Program-made: the position numbers and the translations under genes
Notes under the pieces: model-generated
Seen by the model: only the letters and a program-made list of their open reading frames with translations
What the model was told of the DNA's origin: nothing
The model's database searches: none
Origin: Camelus dromedarius
Taxonomy: Eukaryota
Reading direction: 5' to 3'
Length of the DNA stretch: 64,000 nt
Assembly (NCBI RefSeq): GCF_036321535.1
Contig: NC_087437.1
Location: forward strand, 61,692,001-61,756,000
Shown: one piece after another, positions 1 through 12,935 of the stretch
How the letters are laid out: each line of letters opens with the position of its first letter
Position numbering within the stretch: position 1 is the first letter of the stretch

Positions 1-569
1 TCAGATGTAGAAGAAATAGTAAAGTGTGTATTTACCCTATATATCATAACTTTTTAATAATAAATCATAATCTGGAACAAAATCCCAAATTAGGCAGCAT
101 CATCTAGTGGAAGGAACACAGGCTCTGAAGGCAGATTGCCTAGGTTCAACTCTGAACTTTGTCACTTGAACAAGTTTGCTTAAATTCCCCAAGCCTCAGT
201 TCCCTCATCAATTAAGTAGAAATATATAATGAATGATTTCAACATGGGATGTAGGAGACAAAGAGAAGAAGTAAGTAAAAGCTTTGCCTCAATAAAGGCA
301 AGAAGATATAACTACTGATTAGACTAAGAGAAGGAACAAAGTTTAAATATATGTTAAATTTTTAAGGATTACCACTGCAAGGATAGAATGTGTAACAAAC
401 TCCTAGAGCATGTACCTCAAGAATGAGACATAAAGAGGAGCCTTCAGGTGGTACACAAACACGGAATTTTTATAAAAACATCACTCACAACGCATGATTC
501 TGTCAGTTTGGTGCAATCATGTCTTTAACATCTTTCTAACTCTTAACACTTTTTTAATCAAAAAGAGAA

Positions 570-731
570 CAAACAACAAGGTCCTACTGTGTAGCACAGG
601 GAACTATATTCAATAGCTTGTAATAACCTGTAATGAAAAAGAATATATATATGTATAAGTGAATCACTATGCGTGTACACCAGAAACTGACAGTCATTGT
701 AAATCAACTGTACTTTAAAAAAAAAAAAAAA
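570..731 (+). mobile_element. 5'-truncated L1 3' end (artiodactyl-type) with poly(A)
   Basis: tagcacagggaactatattcaa...tacaccagaaact...aaatcaact followed by an A run; homologous to 6770-7005. Confidence 0.8.
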
Positions 732-999
732 GTGAAAGAACAGGCTCCAGGCAGGCAAGAGGAGCTGGCTAAAATGTAGTCGTATCGTCTGGTATTTGTT
801 GCACTTCTATTTACATTAATTTCTATTTATGGTAAATGATACTGGCTTTCCTTTTATAGTAATGATATAATAATCTCGACTGAAAATAAATTGATATAGT
901 TGTTTAGATAAGTAACTAATTAGAAAATGATAATAACACAGGTGGTATGTAGATATTACAAAACCAGGAACGTGGTATGCTAATAACTGGAGTTTGCAC

Positions 1000-3105
1000 T
1001 AGAAAGCTGGAAATTGAGCAATAAAAATTCCATCAATTCCACTAAAGGTAAGAAGGAGAGAGGCAACTAGAGAGCTTAAAAAGCAGGAAACATAAAATAA
1101 GATGGAAGAATTAAGTACAAATAAATGAAAAATCACAATAAATAAATTGGAGTAAACTCCCCTATCAAAAGAAAGAAACTCTCAGATTTTTTTTTAATCC
1201 AACTATGAACTGTTAATAAAAAACACAGCTAAAACCATAGAATCAAAGCAAAAAGAAAGCAGGTTTGGCAATTAATATTTGGCAAAGTAGAAGTCAAGCC
1301 AAAAATAAGACAAAAAGGGATGTTTTAAACTGATAAACTGTCAAGCCTTATTGAGAACACATTACAGTTATGAACTTTTATATTCTAACAACATATTTTG
1401 GAATATATAAAGCAAAAATCATTAGAAATATAAGAAATTAACAAATCCACAATCATCTTAGGAGACTATCACACTTCTCTGAAATTAATAGCTCAGGTAG
1501 AGAATTTGACAGCTAGACTGATAAATACTTATATAACTTTGTACCTAACAGAGAAAACATTCTTTTCAAATACCCATGGAATATTCATATAACCTGAGCA
1601 TATAATAAGCCCAAGTAAGAGCTCTACAAATTCCAACAAGCATCAGTCTTATATTTCACATTCTGAAACCACAATGGAAGACAGTAAGAGTGTATAAACG
1701 TCAAAGCATTGTTGTGAGCAACGGAATACAGACCACATTCTTCCCTCTCCAACTTCAACTACTTGGACATTTCAGAAACACCCTCTTAAATAACTTTTGG
1801 GTTAAAAAGGACATAACAAGTCATAAACTAAAAATCATGATGTCTACAGTTTACTTTTAAAGGCATAAAAAAGATAAGATGGACTAGTGGAGGAAGGATG
1901 TATAGATATGTGATAAAGCAAGAATAATAAAATGTAAATGGTACAATCTACAACTAGAAGGTATTTGGGCATTCACTGTAAAATTCTTTCAACTTTGTGT
2001 ATATTTGGAAACATGATAAAATGCTGGGGAAAAATGAAAGAAATTTCAAATTATTTGGAAAGGAAAGACAATATAACCATTAATTATCAAAACCTCTAGA
2101 TTATAGCCAAACTGTACTCAGAAAAATGTTGATTTATATCAGTTACAAGAAAAGAATGAAATTTTAAAGTAAATGAATTCAGCACTTAAGAAACTAGACA
2201 AAGATTAGCAACATAAGCACAAAGAAAATAATTACTCAAAATTAAAGCAAAAACCAATGTGACGGGAAAAAACAGATTTGCTCAATAAAACCAAAAAGAG
2301 ATTTTTGTAAAGACCAATAAAATGGTCAAACTTTTGAAAGTCTCAGCAAGATAAAGGGAGAGAAGACACAAATTTTTTAAAATAAGGGATGAAAAAAGAT
2401 GATAACTTCAGAAATAAAAAAATTTAAACTGTTAGAAACTATAGAGTACACCTTTATACTAAGACATTTAATGAATGTTTTGATGAAGTGGATTATTTTC
2501 TAGGAAGATTAAGTTACCAAAAATGACTCAAAGATTTTTTAAAGAAAAGACATCAATAATCACTTAAAAAATTGAAAAAGTAGCCAAATATCTCAGGAGT
2601 ATTTATGCTGAAATTTATCAGTTTCAAGGAACAGATAATAATCCATTTTGTTCTATTTCTACTTTTAGGTTTCAGAGTATAAAAAAATGGAAAACTTCTC
2701 AACTCAAGCTACCAAGTTAGCATAACTGATCACAATACATCAAAGAAGCACCAAAAAGTGAATCTATAGGTTAATCTCACTTATGGAATATATAAATACA
2801 AAATAAAAATCTGTAATTCTAGCAGTCTAGTAAGAGAATAATAAATTATGACCAAGAAGGGTTTATCCCAAGAATTTAAAGATGATTTGACATAACAAAT
2901 CTATTAATGTATTTTATTTTATTAACATATTAAAAGAGAAGAAAACCATATCATCTCAATGTATTTTTAAAAATCTGTCTCATAAAACTGAAGACATTCC
3001 TGATTAAGAAGGGGGAAAAAATTTAGCAAGATAAGACTAAAAAGAAACTTTCTTAACTTTATAAAGTTCATCTCCCATAAACCTACAGAGCAAACTTCAT
3101 ACAAT
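1000..3105 (+). mobile_element. Ancient degraded L1 ORF2 region (L1M-type), interrupted; appears to resume near 5720-6000
   Basis: A-rich sequence with degenerate L1 ORF2-like blocks; boundaries approximate. Confidence 0.6.
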
Positions 3106-3112
3106 CCCCATT

Positions 3113-3640
3113 TGTGCCAGTTATCAATTTATTGCCTTTCAACTCCAAACCATCCTTCACTGACCAGCTTTGTGAAACTGGAAGCTTGCCATAATCATTT
3201 CTCTTTTGTAAACTGGCACCATGTTCAGCTTTGTCAGTAGAGGGCGCTAGAGGGACGCGACAAAGCTCCCCTTGGTTCCTGTGTGCTTCCTCTTTTGTTT
3301 TGGGGCACAGCTGACAGCAGCACAGGTGTGGGACACCCAGTGGCACTTGTTCACCAACAAGTTTTGCTGATACAACAGAAGGATTCTTGCTTGCCAAACA
3401 GTCCACAGTTCCCTGCTTGACCAGATTTATCCCACTAGCTGTGACCAGCTCTGACCCAGCGCAACAAAGCAATCTTCTCTGTTTATTCTTTCCTTGGATA
3501 CTGTCCTTCAGCCCTCAAGTTCTCTTTTATCCTTTCTTTGTAGCCAATCCCTTATTACCAGTTAATGATTCTTTTGTTCAACTTTCCCTGCTCAAATTAC
3601 TGATGTGATTTCTGTTACCTAAGTGGACCATGATGATACA
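3113..3640 (+). mobile_element. ERVL-class LTR (LTR41-like) with CTCF-like motif
   Basis: TG...CA termini; TGTCAGTAGAGGGCGCTAG at 3232-3250; family call from memory of the consensus. Confidence 0.65.
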
Positions 3641-3659
3641 GAATTAGTACTAAAAATAG

Positions 3660-5620
3660 TACTCTTACCTTCTAATTCACATATGTCTAAGGCATCTAAA
3701 ATCCTTGCTTCTTTCTGTTCATCAGATACAGTCAACATAGTGCAGTGGACTACTACAAGGTCTTGTGGAAAGACAAAGCAGGCAGTACCTTTGCAGGCCA
3801 CAGTACGGCAGAGAAAAGAGAAATGACATATCACTGAAGTGAAACTGTGACGGTGTACTATTGGTCCTGCCAGGTAAAAACTTCTGGAGTTTTTTTCAAA
3901 CTAGTTTGGAGACAGGGGCTTTAGTCAAGTTAATAGCTGCCTACTATGTGCCAGTGGCCACTGAAGATTTTCTCCAGTAAAGATACTACATCTGGAATAC
4001 TAACTGCAGTGTGAAAATTCTGTCTGTTGCCAAGTATGTCTATTCCAATTGTATATCCAGTAACTGGGGAAAGTACCACAGGGTGGATCCATAGAATAAG
4101 TGGGCCCAGAGCAAATCAGACCTATGTCTCCATGTATCACCTGACCACCATAATCTCCCATTTTGAGTAGGGGCCACAGTGTTGTTTTGAGTCCTCAGGA
4201 ATTATCATAAATTCAGGGCCAACGTTAAGTAATCTCAAAAGGTCTGGATATTTTCTTTTTTCCAGTGTATAGTCACTCTAATAAGTAGCCACGGGTCCCT
4301 TGGATAAGGCTTAGAGCAAGATTCACTTGCATTACTTGAGCTGTGCTGCAGAGTGCATCCTCACTGAGACCTGCTCCCTTCAGTCAGGGGGCTCTGGGTC
4401 TGTGAATTTACTTGGTCTGGAAACTGGATGAAAGGTCATGACTCCTCATTGTGGTGACTCAACTCAGGTTTCTGGCTACTACACTTGGACTTTTTTTCTG
4501 TTACATGGATCAATAATGCTTTATCAGGCTGCCCATCAATTTTATTCCTAGGGATACCATGATTAATTAGTCATTGCCAAACATCCCTGTGGGCAAAGAT
4601 CTTCTGATTACATCTGAGTACATCCCTGCTGCCCTCCATGGTAACTGCGTCCACCTTGTCTTTGGTAGTTAAGTGCTACCACATGTCCTCTGGCACTCCA
4701 TGATCCCATCGTCCCCATTAAAATCAAGGAGTTCATATTAGTGATGTTATCACCCATGGTCTTACTTGGCCTACATAAGAAAGCAACCGTGGGGCTTTTC
4801 AAGGATGCAGGCGTGCCTTAACGAATTTGTTAGTAAAGGAGTGTCTTCCGAGAAGGAGTGTCTCACAGGAACTAGTTAGAGGTGGGTGTTTGGGTGGGTG
4901 TTTGGGTGGGTGTTAGGTCACACATGATAAATTCACTCTGATATTCCAATCTCCCTAAGTCTTTGAATTCTCTCCTCCACATCATAGCAGGGAAGCTCTG
5001 GCATCTCTACTTCATTAAATATGGGCCACTGTTGAGACCAAGTTTCAGTTAACCAACTAAGCAAACTGTTAAGAGTTACCTCCAGCTACACAAGCTAACA
5101 CATTATATCCAGAATCTCTAGTAAGTATATCATATCAAATAAACTTGACTCAATCTAGTGTTGAATTCCACCCTCCTTGGTCTAACACCCTTAGAATCCA
5201 TTCCCATATATGGCCCCCAGGTTTGGACCAATAAATATCAGCAAAGTCTTGTAATTCATTTGGAGTGTGAGCTATTTCCTTCTGAGTTATCTGTCAGCAT
5301 GGAACCTGCTGAGATTTGACCCTAGTGATGGATCCATGGAAAAAAAGGGGTGACTGCACTAGGGCTTGGTGAACATCCTTTTTCAAGGCATCTGCCTCAG
5401 ATGAAATTATCATAGAGTTTTCAGAGAAAGGAAGGCTAATCTCCTCAGACACAAGAAGGCAGGCTACTTCTACTGGCAAGAGAGGCTTACGTGACTTAGA
5501 AGTTCAGGACTGTCATTTATGCACCTCTGAGTCCAACCAGATGTTCCCATTCCAAGTTGCAGGGTCCCATTCTTTCCCAATGGTGCCCTAACTTGCATAT
5601 GAGAAACTTGGCATGAATTC
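3660..5620 (-). mobile_element. Degraded ERVL internal region (gag-pro-pol remnants)
   Basis: Minus ORFs 4608..4802 (RGHVVALNYQRQGG, ERVL gag-like) and 3619..3834 (PQDL..VH...EQKEA..LD, RT-like). Confidence 0.7.
4881..4917. repeat. About 3 copies of a 12-bp unit GGGTGGGTGTTT
   Basis: Seen directly. Confidence 0.85.
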
Positions 5621-6769
5621 ATGTGTAATACTGACCAAAATACCATTAAAACTAAGAATAGATGCTGTACACCTGAAACTAACATTGTGAATCAACTACA
5701 CTTCAATAAAAATTAAAAAAAACCCTAAGAATAGAAAAACGGTGCCTCATTATCATTACTACTAATCAGCATTACACTTGACATTCTGTCTACACAATAA
5801 GCCCAAAATGGAAATAGACATATAAATAATGAAAGGGAAAATATAAAATTGTTATTATTTGCAGTCAATAGGATTTTCTACCTAGAAAATCCAAATGAAT
5901 CAACTGAAAAACGATTAAACCTAATATGAGAGGACATAAGGAATCTAGAATAATATATGAAAATGAATAACCTTTCCATATACCATGCATTTAGAGACAG
6001 GTCCACTGACAGGATGGTTATCTAAATTTTGGTGCATCCCCTTTATGGCATATTATAGCAATTGTACTGCTTTAAAAAAAAAACATTAAAGACAAATTTT
6101 TGAAAAACAGTGTCTCAAAAAAAATGTATAATCCAATTTATGTCAAAAACAAATATAAATAAATAAAAACTAAAAACAAGTAAGTAGGTACATACACAAG
6201 TGTATATATGAGAAGAAAAGATATGGAAGAAATCTGTGAAAAAGGGAGTGATTAAGAGAGTGTTCACTTCTGAAAATCTACATATTTCTATACTGTTTCA
6301 AAATTTTCATTAAAAGTATTATGCACTGCTTGTGTTATTAGGCTGAAGATCTGGGGAACAATGACTTCACCCAACATCCATTTATCCACCAACTCCTCTG
6401 ATTGTTATCAAATACCTGCCATGTTCTAACACTTGAAATAGGTAACATGAGACATAATTGTTAATTTGCAGCGGTACAGAACTCTGATTCTAATAGCCTA
6501 CTGATTTGTTTTTCACTAAAGGTCTGTGAGATAGCATCTAGAAATTCTTTTCTTTAACTATAAATTTAGACTTGTTTACTGAAAATTCATTAGCTTTCTC
6601 AAAAGCAGGGTATATCATGAATAAGAAGGAAATTTTTTCCTTATTCATCCAACAGGGATATTTTGAAAGGCTCTATTCACCTTGGTTTGTTATTAGTATT
6701 GGAAATACTAATTAAAACCATTTCAGTCACATATAATTCACACAAGAAGAAGTAAAATGAATTAAATAA

Positions 6770-7005
6770 TTGGGAGTTCGAGATTTGCAGATACTGACTG
6801 GTATATATAAAATAGATAAACAAGTTTATACTGTATAGCACAGGGAACTATATTCGATATCTTATAGTAGCTTATGGTGAAAAAGAATATGAAAAAGAAT
6901 ATATGTATATTCATGTATGACTGGAGCATTGTGCTGTACACCAGAAATTGACACAACATTGTAAACTGACTATACTTCAAAAAATTTTTTTTTAATTTAA
7001 AAATT
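6770..7005 (+). mobile_element. 5'-truncated L1 3' end
   Basis: Same 3'UTR motifs as 570-731; reverse complement of 43953-44216. Confidence 0.8.
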
Positions 7006-7834
7006 AAAAATATGAGTAAATAAATACATAGGGAAATTGTCAATTCTAATAGTAGGCAAAAAAATGCAAATAAAACAACTCATTACATTAGCAGAGTTTA
7101 AAAAAAACATCTAAAACAGCTGGTTCTGTTGAGGATACCCTGAAATTAGTATCTGCATACGTTGCTGATGTCAGCGTAAAGGAGAAAGTATTGGCAATAT
7201 TTACCCAGAGTCACAAGGTACCAGTCTCTCTGAATTAATAATCTCATGCTTGAGATTTACTTTCGTAAATAATTGCAATGGAGGAAACAGTTATTTGGAC
7301 AAAGCTTTCACTACTGCATTATTTATAATAATGAAACTTAGGAAATAACCAAATCCAAATATCCAAAACAGAGAGTAACAAACCATGGCAAAACCATTCC
7401 ATAGAACATTATAAAACCATTTAAAATTATTTTACAAAGAGACCATAATAAAATGAAAAAATGAGTGAAAAAGTAATTGGCAACTTTTAGAAAATCTTCC
7501 CTCATATAAGAATATGTGCCTTTTACAGTTTAATAAATCAATAAAATTTACTTAAAAATTATGACTATGAAGCAATATAGGAACAAGAAAACAGTTTCTT
7601 ATATAATGCTAAATGATAAACATAGAGGACAAAATTTTACCTGTACTCAAATTACAGCTTTTTAAAATATTTATCCAGATAGATAACTTGGAAAGAAAAC
7701 ATGGGCTTATACAGCTCACTTATTAGGCTAGTAGAATTACAGTTGATTTTTCTTCCTTGAAAAAAAAAATTTTTTTTTTCTGTCCTTTGGTATTTAACAA
7801 GGGGGACACAAACACGTCAGTTTTAGTGACCCAC

Positions 7835-7909
7835 CTGCTGCTCCTTTCTAAGGAACATTTCGATCTCCACATGAATCCGGTTCTCTTCTTCGGTTTTCAA
7901 CCTCAGTTT
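7835..7909 (-). CDS. IQCG: IQCG coding exon ([25 protein letters not shown]); later exons not seen, presumably left of the window
   Basis: Hand translation; cccacag acceptor, gtgggt donor; 75 nt. Confidence 0.95.
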
Positions 7910-8895
7910 CTGTGGGAACAATAAACCAATATCAGGAATTCTTCCCAGCAGGGCTGGAAATGAGTTCTCAAGATCAGAGGTGTCACTGTGACAGTAGCAC
8001 AGGTTTTCTTTACCAGCTGGGACCCCAAGAATTCTACATTATTGCTCCAGAGTGAAAATTTCATTCCCATTCAACTCAATTCCTGCTCAAAACATGGCTG
8101 AGCTGGGTCTGGCAAGTGCCCAGAACAAAACGACCATAATCATGTTGCCTGGAAAGTCATGTCAATTTAAGGAGAGAAACAATGCTTCAAGGGCTCAAGT
8201 TTCTCAGGCCTACAAAAGGAAATTCCAGAGTGTAAGAAAAAGGTTTGTTGTCATAGCCTTAATCTGCACTAAGGGAGTAAACTTTCAAATACGCAGGGGG
8301 CTCAGAGAAAAGTGTCCTCCTGCCCATAGATGACACACCCTACTGATGTTTGCTCCTTCTCGCCGACCTGTTGTTCTTTTAGCCAGTTAGCTTCCCTCCT
8401 CTAATGAGGGCCTACCCTTGTTTCTTTCTCCTGATACTTTTACTATGACTCCTTAACTTCTGTTGAATGAAGGGCAGCTCTTTAGATTTTGTATTTCTTA
8501 ATGGAGGGTTAAAAAGTACTGGTTGGGTGAGGAAAGCAGCAGCAAAAACCTGCAGTTACTGAGTCTCTTGTTTTGCCCTCTCCCTATAATTACCAGGAGA
8601 AGTGGCAAGTGGTTTTATAAAATAAGGATTAAGTGACTAAGAGAAGAAAGTACAACCAATTTTCAAAGTCATTACCAAAACCCAAGAGATGTAGGCCACA
8701 GCCCATCAGAATCTCTGCTCATAAAAAAGCAAGTACTCATTCTGTTTTTGTTTTTAACCTCAAACGTTAGGGTTGCTGGAGAGAGAGAGCAAAGCTCAGG
8801 AAAGCCCCCCTCTCCCTCGTCCTGTGTCGGCTGAGGTAGTATCAGGTGCACCAGCTCGAACACCGTCTTACCTGGTCCTTCCTAACAGTGATTAC

Positions 8896-9057
8896 CTCAA
8901 TCTCTTCCAGCAAGTGCTCCTCGGTTTTGCTACATTTTTTCTGGGTCTGGGAAATCTGCAGTTCAGTATTTCTTTTCATATAGCGATTCTCCATGTTGGT
9001 TTTTGCCTTCATCTCTTGCAACTGGTCCTTGAGGTGAACAATATACTCATTCCGGCT
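8896..9057 (-). CDS. IQCG: IQCG coding exon ([19 protein letters not shown]...EEHLLEEIE)
   Basis: Hand translation; ctctgcag acceptor, gtaatc donor; 162 nt. Confidence 0.95.
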
Positions 9058-9553
9058 CTGCAGAGGTAAGACCGGGTTTCTAAATTAAAATAAGTTCTAC
9101 CTCCATTCAGTTCAGTCAGTGGCTTAAGCTTACCTTTTGTGTTTATAAATCAACAAGGATTTATTCTTCTGCTATTACACTATGGGAAATTTAGCCAACA
9201 ATCATTGATAGTATGAATGAAAATGACAGATAAGAAGTTCTAAGCATCAGGACTGTGCAATTCTTTCCTAGGTACAATACTTGGGGTACTCCGTAGCTAC
9301 ACAGATTTCCCAGTACTATCTCATTTTGGTAGAAAGAGCACTGGTCCAAATGATCAAAAGACCTAACTTCCCACCCAAGCCCCCCAGCTGTGTGAATTTG
9401 GCCAAGTTGGTTAAACTCTCCAAGTCTTACCTTCTTTAAAATAGAAAGAAACATTAATAGCTACCCTGCCTGAAATATCCTAGCAAGTAATTATAAGGAT
9501 TAACTAATAATATGTGTAAAAAACACTTTGCAGGTTACAAAGTGCTTGGCAAT

Positions 9554-10294
9554 GTCTTTTCTTTTTTTAAATTGAAGTAACATTGGTTTATAACATTGTA
9601 TAAGTTTCATGTGTACAACATTATATTTCTACTTCTGTATACAGCATAGCATGCTCACCACCAAGTTTAGTTTTCATCTGTCACCATACAGTTGACCCCC
9701 TTTACCCATTTCACACTCCCATCCCCTTCACCCTCTGGTAACCACTACTCTATTCTCTGTATCTATGTGTTTGGGGTTTTTTTTTTTTTTTCGGTTTGTT
9801 CATCTATTTTATTTTGTTTGTTTAAATTCCACATATGAGTGAAATTACATAGTATTTGTCTTTGTCTGACTTATTTCACTTAGCATAATGCTCTCAAGGG
9901 CCATCCATGTTGTTGCAAATGGCAAGATTTCATCTTTTTTATGGCTGGGCAGTATTCCATTGTATATATTACCATTGTCTATATATACCACATCTTTATC
10001 TACTCATCTGTTGATGGACACTTAGGTTGTTTCCATATCTTGTCTATATGAATAATGCTGTAATGAACATAGGGGTACATATATCTTTTTGAATTAGGGT
10101 TTTCTTGTTCTTTGGATAAATACCCAGAAGTAGAATCACTAGATCAAATGGTAGTTCTATTCGTAAATTTTTGAAGAATCTCCATGGTGTTTTCCATAGT
10201 GGCTGCGTCAATTTACATTCCCACCAACAGTACAAAGGGTTCCCTTTTCTCCATACCCTCGCCAACACTTGTTTTATCTTGCCCTTTTGATAAT
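9554..10294 (-). mobile_element. 5'-truncated L1 (ORF2 C-terminus + 3'UTR, L1MA-like)
   Basis: ORF 10044..10328 (CWWECKLTQPLWK, LLGIYPK); 14-bp TSD AAGTGCTTGGCAAT (9540, 10295). Confidence 0.9.
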
Positions 10295-11344
10295 AAGTGC
10301 TTGGCAATTTTAAGGTCTCAAAATTCACTTAAAAAATACTTACTCAGTATCAGGCATTGAACTAGACACTAGGTAAATAATAAAGATATAAATACAGATG
10401 GTCTTTGCCCCTACAGAGCTTACAATCTAGTGGGAAAGATGTGGTTAAAAGGAAACAAATATGTATAAACTTTTTTAAATGTGCAAAATGCTGTGAAAGA
10501 AAAGGGCAACAGGCTATGAGAGAAAATAACAACGGAGATCTGCATTGGATTGGATGGTCCAAAAACAGATTCTCTGACACCTAAAGGGTAAGTATGTCAG
10601 TCATATGAAAAGTGGGGTCAAGGGGAATTCTAAGAAAAAGGAAAAGTGTATGCTCAAGTCCTGAGGCAGAACTGACCCATGACTTTATGCTGATCTAGTT
10701 TCTTAAAGTAGTTGCCCTTACCTCATCCCACTGTGTCCAGCATGTATAAGAAACCTTTCCAGCGCTGGAGATGTCACTGAGGTATATAGCACTGGGGAGA
10801 GATTCTCAAAACAGGACACCAAAAAGGAGTTATTGCCCCATTGGGCCTAGGAATTCTCATTTCCCTTACATTCTGAATGCTAGACAACTGGAAATAAGAG
10901 ATAGGGAGGGAGGGAAGGGGGAAAGAGAGAGAGAGAGAGAGAATTTTTTCTAAGTTAGAAGCCTGAGCCTTCAAGGAGAAGGTTGGCTGTTAAAAGAGTC
11001 CTTCACTTACTTCAGCTTTGCCATGATTATTGAGGTTAGATACAGTAACCATGAAGGATATGAATCCATCCCTACTCATTTTGACTGGTTATACAAGGAG
11101 CCAAAGGGCACAAAACTGGATGTCCTGGAACCCTAAAATCTTATGGCAACAGTGAGAGGGATCTTCCCAATGGTGCTCAATGATTTTGAGTGCAAACTCT
11201 TGTCTTTGACGGTTATACTGACCTACTATATTTTACTGATGGAGCAAGAGCATTTTGTGCCTTCTCCTTGGCAGGGGCTAATCATGGAAATTTGTTTCTT
11301 AGACCTGGGTTCACGTGAATGTCTAGACTGGATGGCCCTATCCT

Positions 11345-11382
11345 GGCCAGTTAGCTCAGTTGGTTAGAGCGTGGTGCTAATA
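11345..11382 (+). pseudogene. Retroposed 5' half of tRNA-Ile(AAT) (tailless retropseudogene)
   Basis: GGCCAGTTAGCTCAGTTGGTTAGAGCGTGGTGCTAATA ends in the anticodon loop; 17-bp direct repeat TAGACTGGATGGCCCTA at 11324-11340 and 11381-11397. Confidence 0.88.
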
Positions 11383-12796
11383 GACTGGATGGCCCTAAGC
11401 CAACTATAACACTACTAAATCTTCATCCTTTTGTTCTTCATTCAGCAGCCCCACTGCCATCTATGGTCATTGACTGTACTTTGAAAAGCTCAGTGCTACC
11501 CTGGAAGTTTTGCATGATATTATAACATTCTTGAACTGCTCCACCCTTCCAGCCATACTTTTGTTTTTTCTCTGGCCCACACTATTGCTAATTTTTGCAT
11601 GTTACCTGGCTGTTTTCTCCACTCAGCCCCTCAGCTTTCTGCATTCTTTGATGACTCTAATTTCCTTTTTTTGGCCAGATACAGAGAGAGAACCAAAGAG
11701 AACAGGTTGAGATGACTGTGATGATCTCTAGGCTCCAAAATGGATTAAATAATTAAATACAGGTATAGAAAACATGCTTGTTAAATTTGCAAGCAACTTA
11801 AACCTGATATTTGATATGTAAGAGACATCAGAATTCAAAATCCTGTTGATTATTTGAATATTGAACTGACTCCAAGAAGAAGCAAAGGTGAAACTAAAGT
11901 CCTAATTTTGGTTAGAAGAATCTTACAAGTTGAGGATTGTGAAGGCCTAACTTGTCTTCGACAGTTTCATTAGGAGATTACCCAGGTTCTAACATGAGTA
12001 CCTGAGGTTAGGGTCCCACCGCTGGTTGCTGTAGTAGCAGCATCATAAAAAGGTGCCTGCCTTCCCCTGTGTTCTTTAGACTTCCCAGAGTCTTCCTTTC
12101 CCTGTGCTTCTTCAGGATTTGTCATCAAAATCTCCACAATCGTGACAGCATATTGCCATACAATACTGTGAAAAGCATTTGGAGTGCTTCCCCTTTGTTT
12201 AGATTACTGCAGTGTGTGGCACTGTATAGTGTTTATATAACAGGGGGAAAACTACCCCCATCCTCTCTTGTGGTTAGACATCCGTAATAGTGTGTACAGT
12301 TTTAGGCATCACATATAAGAAGGAGTTTACTCAGAAGAGATCATCCAAGACAGTGAAGTATGTGGGAATTTTATTACAAAAGGAAAGAAAAGAGGAAACT
12401 GGTATGATTGGAAAGGGAACAGTTCAAATAGCAATGAAAACAGTGGGTGGAATTCGAGCCTGGAACTTTAGAAGTTTGGATTTGATTATGCTTCCTCTGC
12501 ATTTTAGAATGGGATACACTGTTTAGCTTAGAGTTTATTCATGGACTGTTACAGAATCATCCAGTATTCTTAGTCACAGACAGGCAGACAAATATAAATG
12601 TTAATTTAATACAGAACTGTATTATTTTCTGACTTTTGTCACTTTAATAGACCACATTTCCATTTTCCTTTTTCCATCCAACCAAAGAGGCAGCCTGAGG
12701 TATAAGATAAGTTCCAACTTCTCTAGTTTCTAATAATTCCAGGGACCAGTATTCTCTTCCCTACTTTGTGTTCAATTATGAAAACAGACACTACCA

Positions 12797-12935
12797 AGGG
12801 GAAGGGTACAGCTCAAGTGGTAGAGCACATACTTAAGCATGCACGAGGTCCCGGGTTCAACCCCCAGTACCTCCTCCAAAAAAATAAATAAATAAGTAAA
12901 ACTAATTACCTCCCCTGCAAAACAAACAAACAAAC
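12797..12935 (+). mobile_element. tRNA-derived SINE (camelid Vic-1-like)
   Basis: A box and B box (GGTTCAA), A-rich tail, 16-bp TSD AAAACAGACACTACCA (12781, 12936). Confidence 0.88.

Noticed and set aside
8773..9069. 98-aa + strand ORF ending at a GAG|GTAAGA donor-like site
   Set aside because: Antisense shadow of the IQCG exon 8896-9057; no supporting partner exons.
12797..12875. tRNA-like sequences (also at 15477, 20316, 26529, 47815) as functional tRNA genes
   Set aside because: They have degenerate stems, SINE tails and TSDs, so they are SINE heads.
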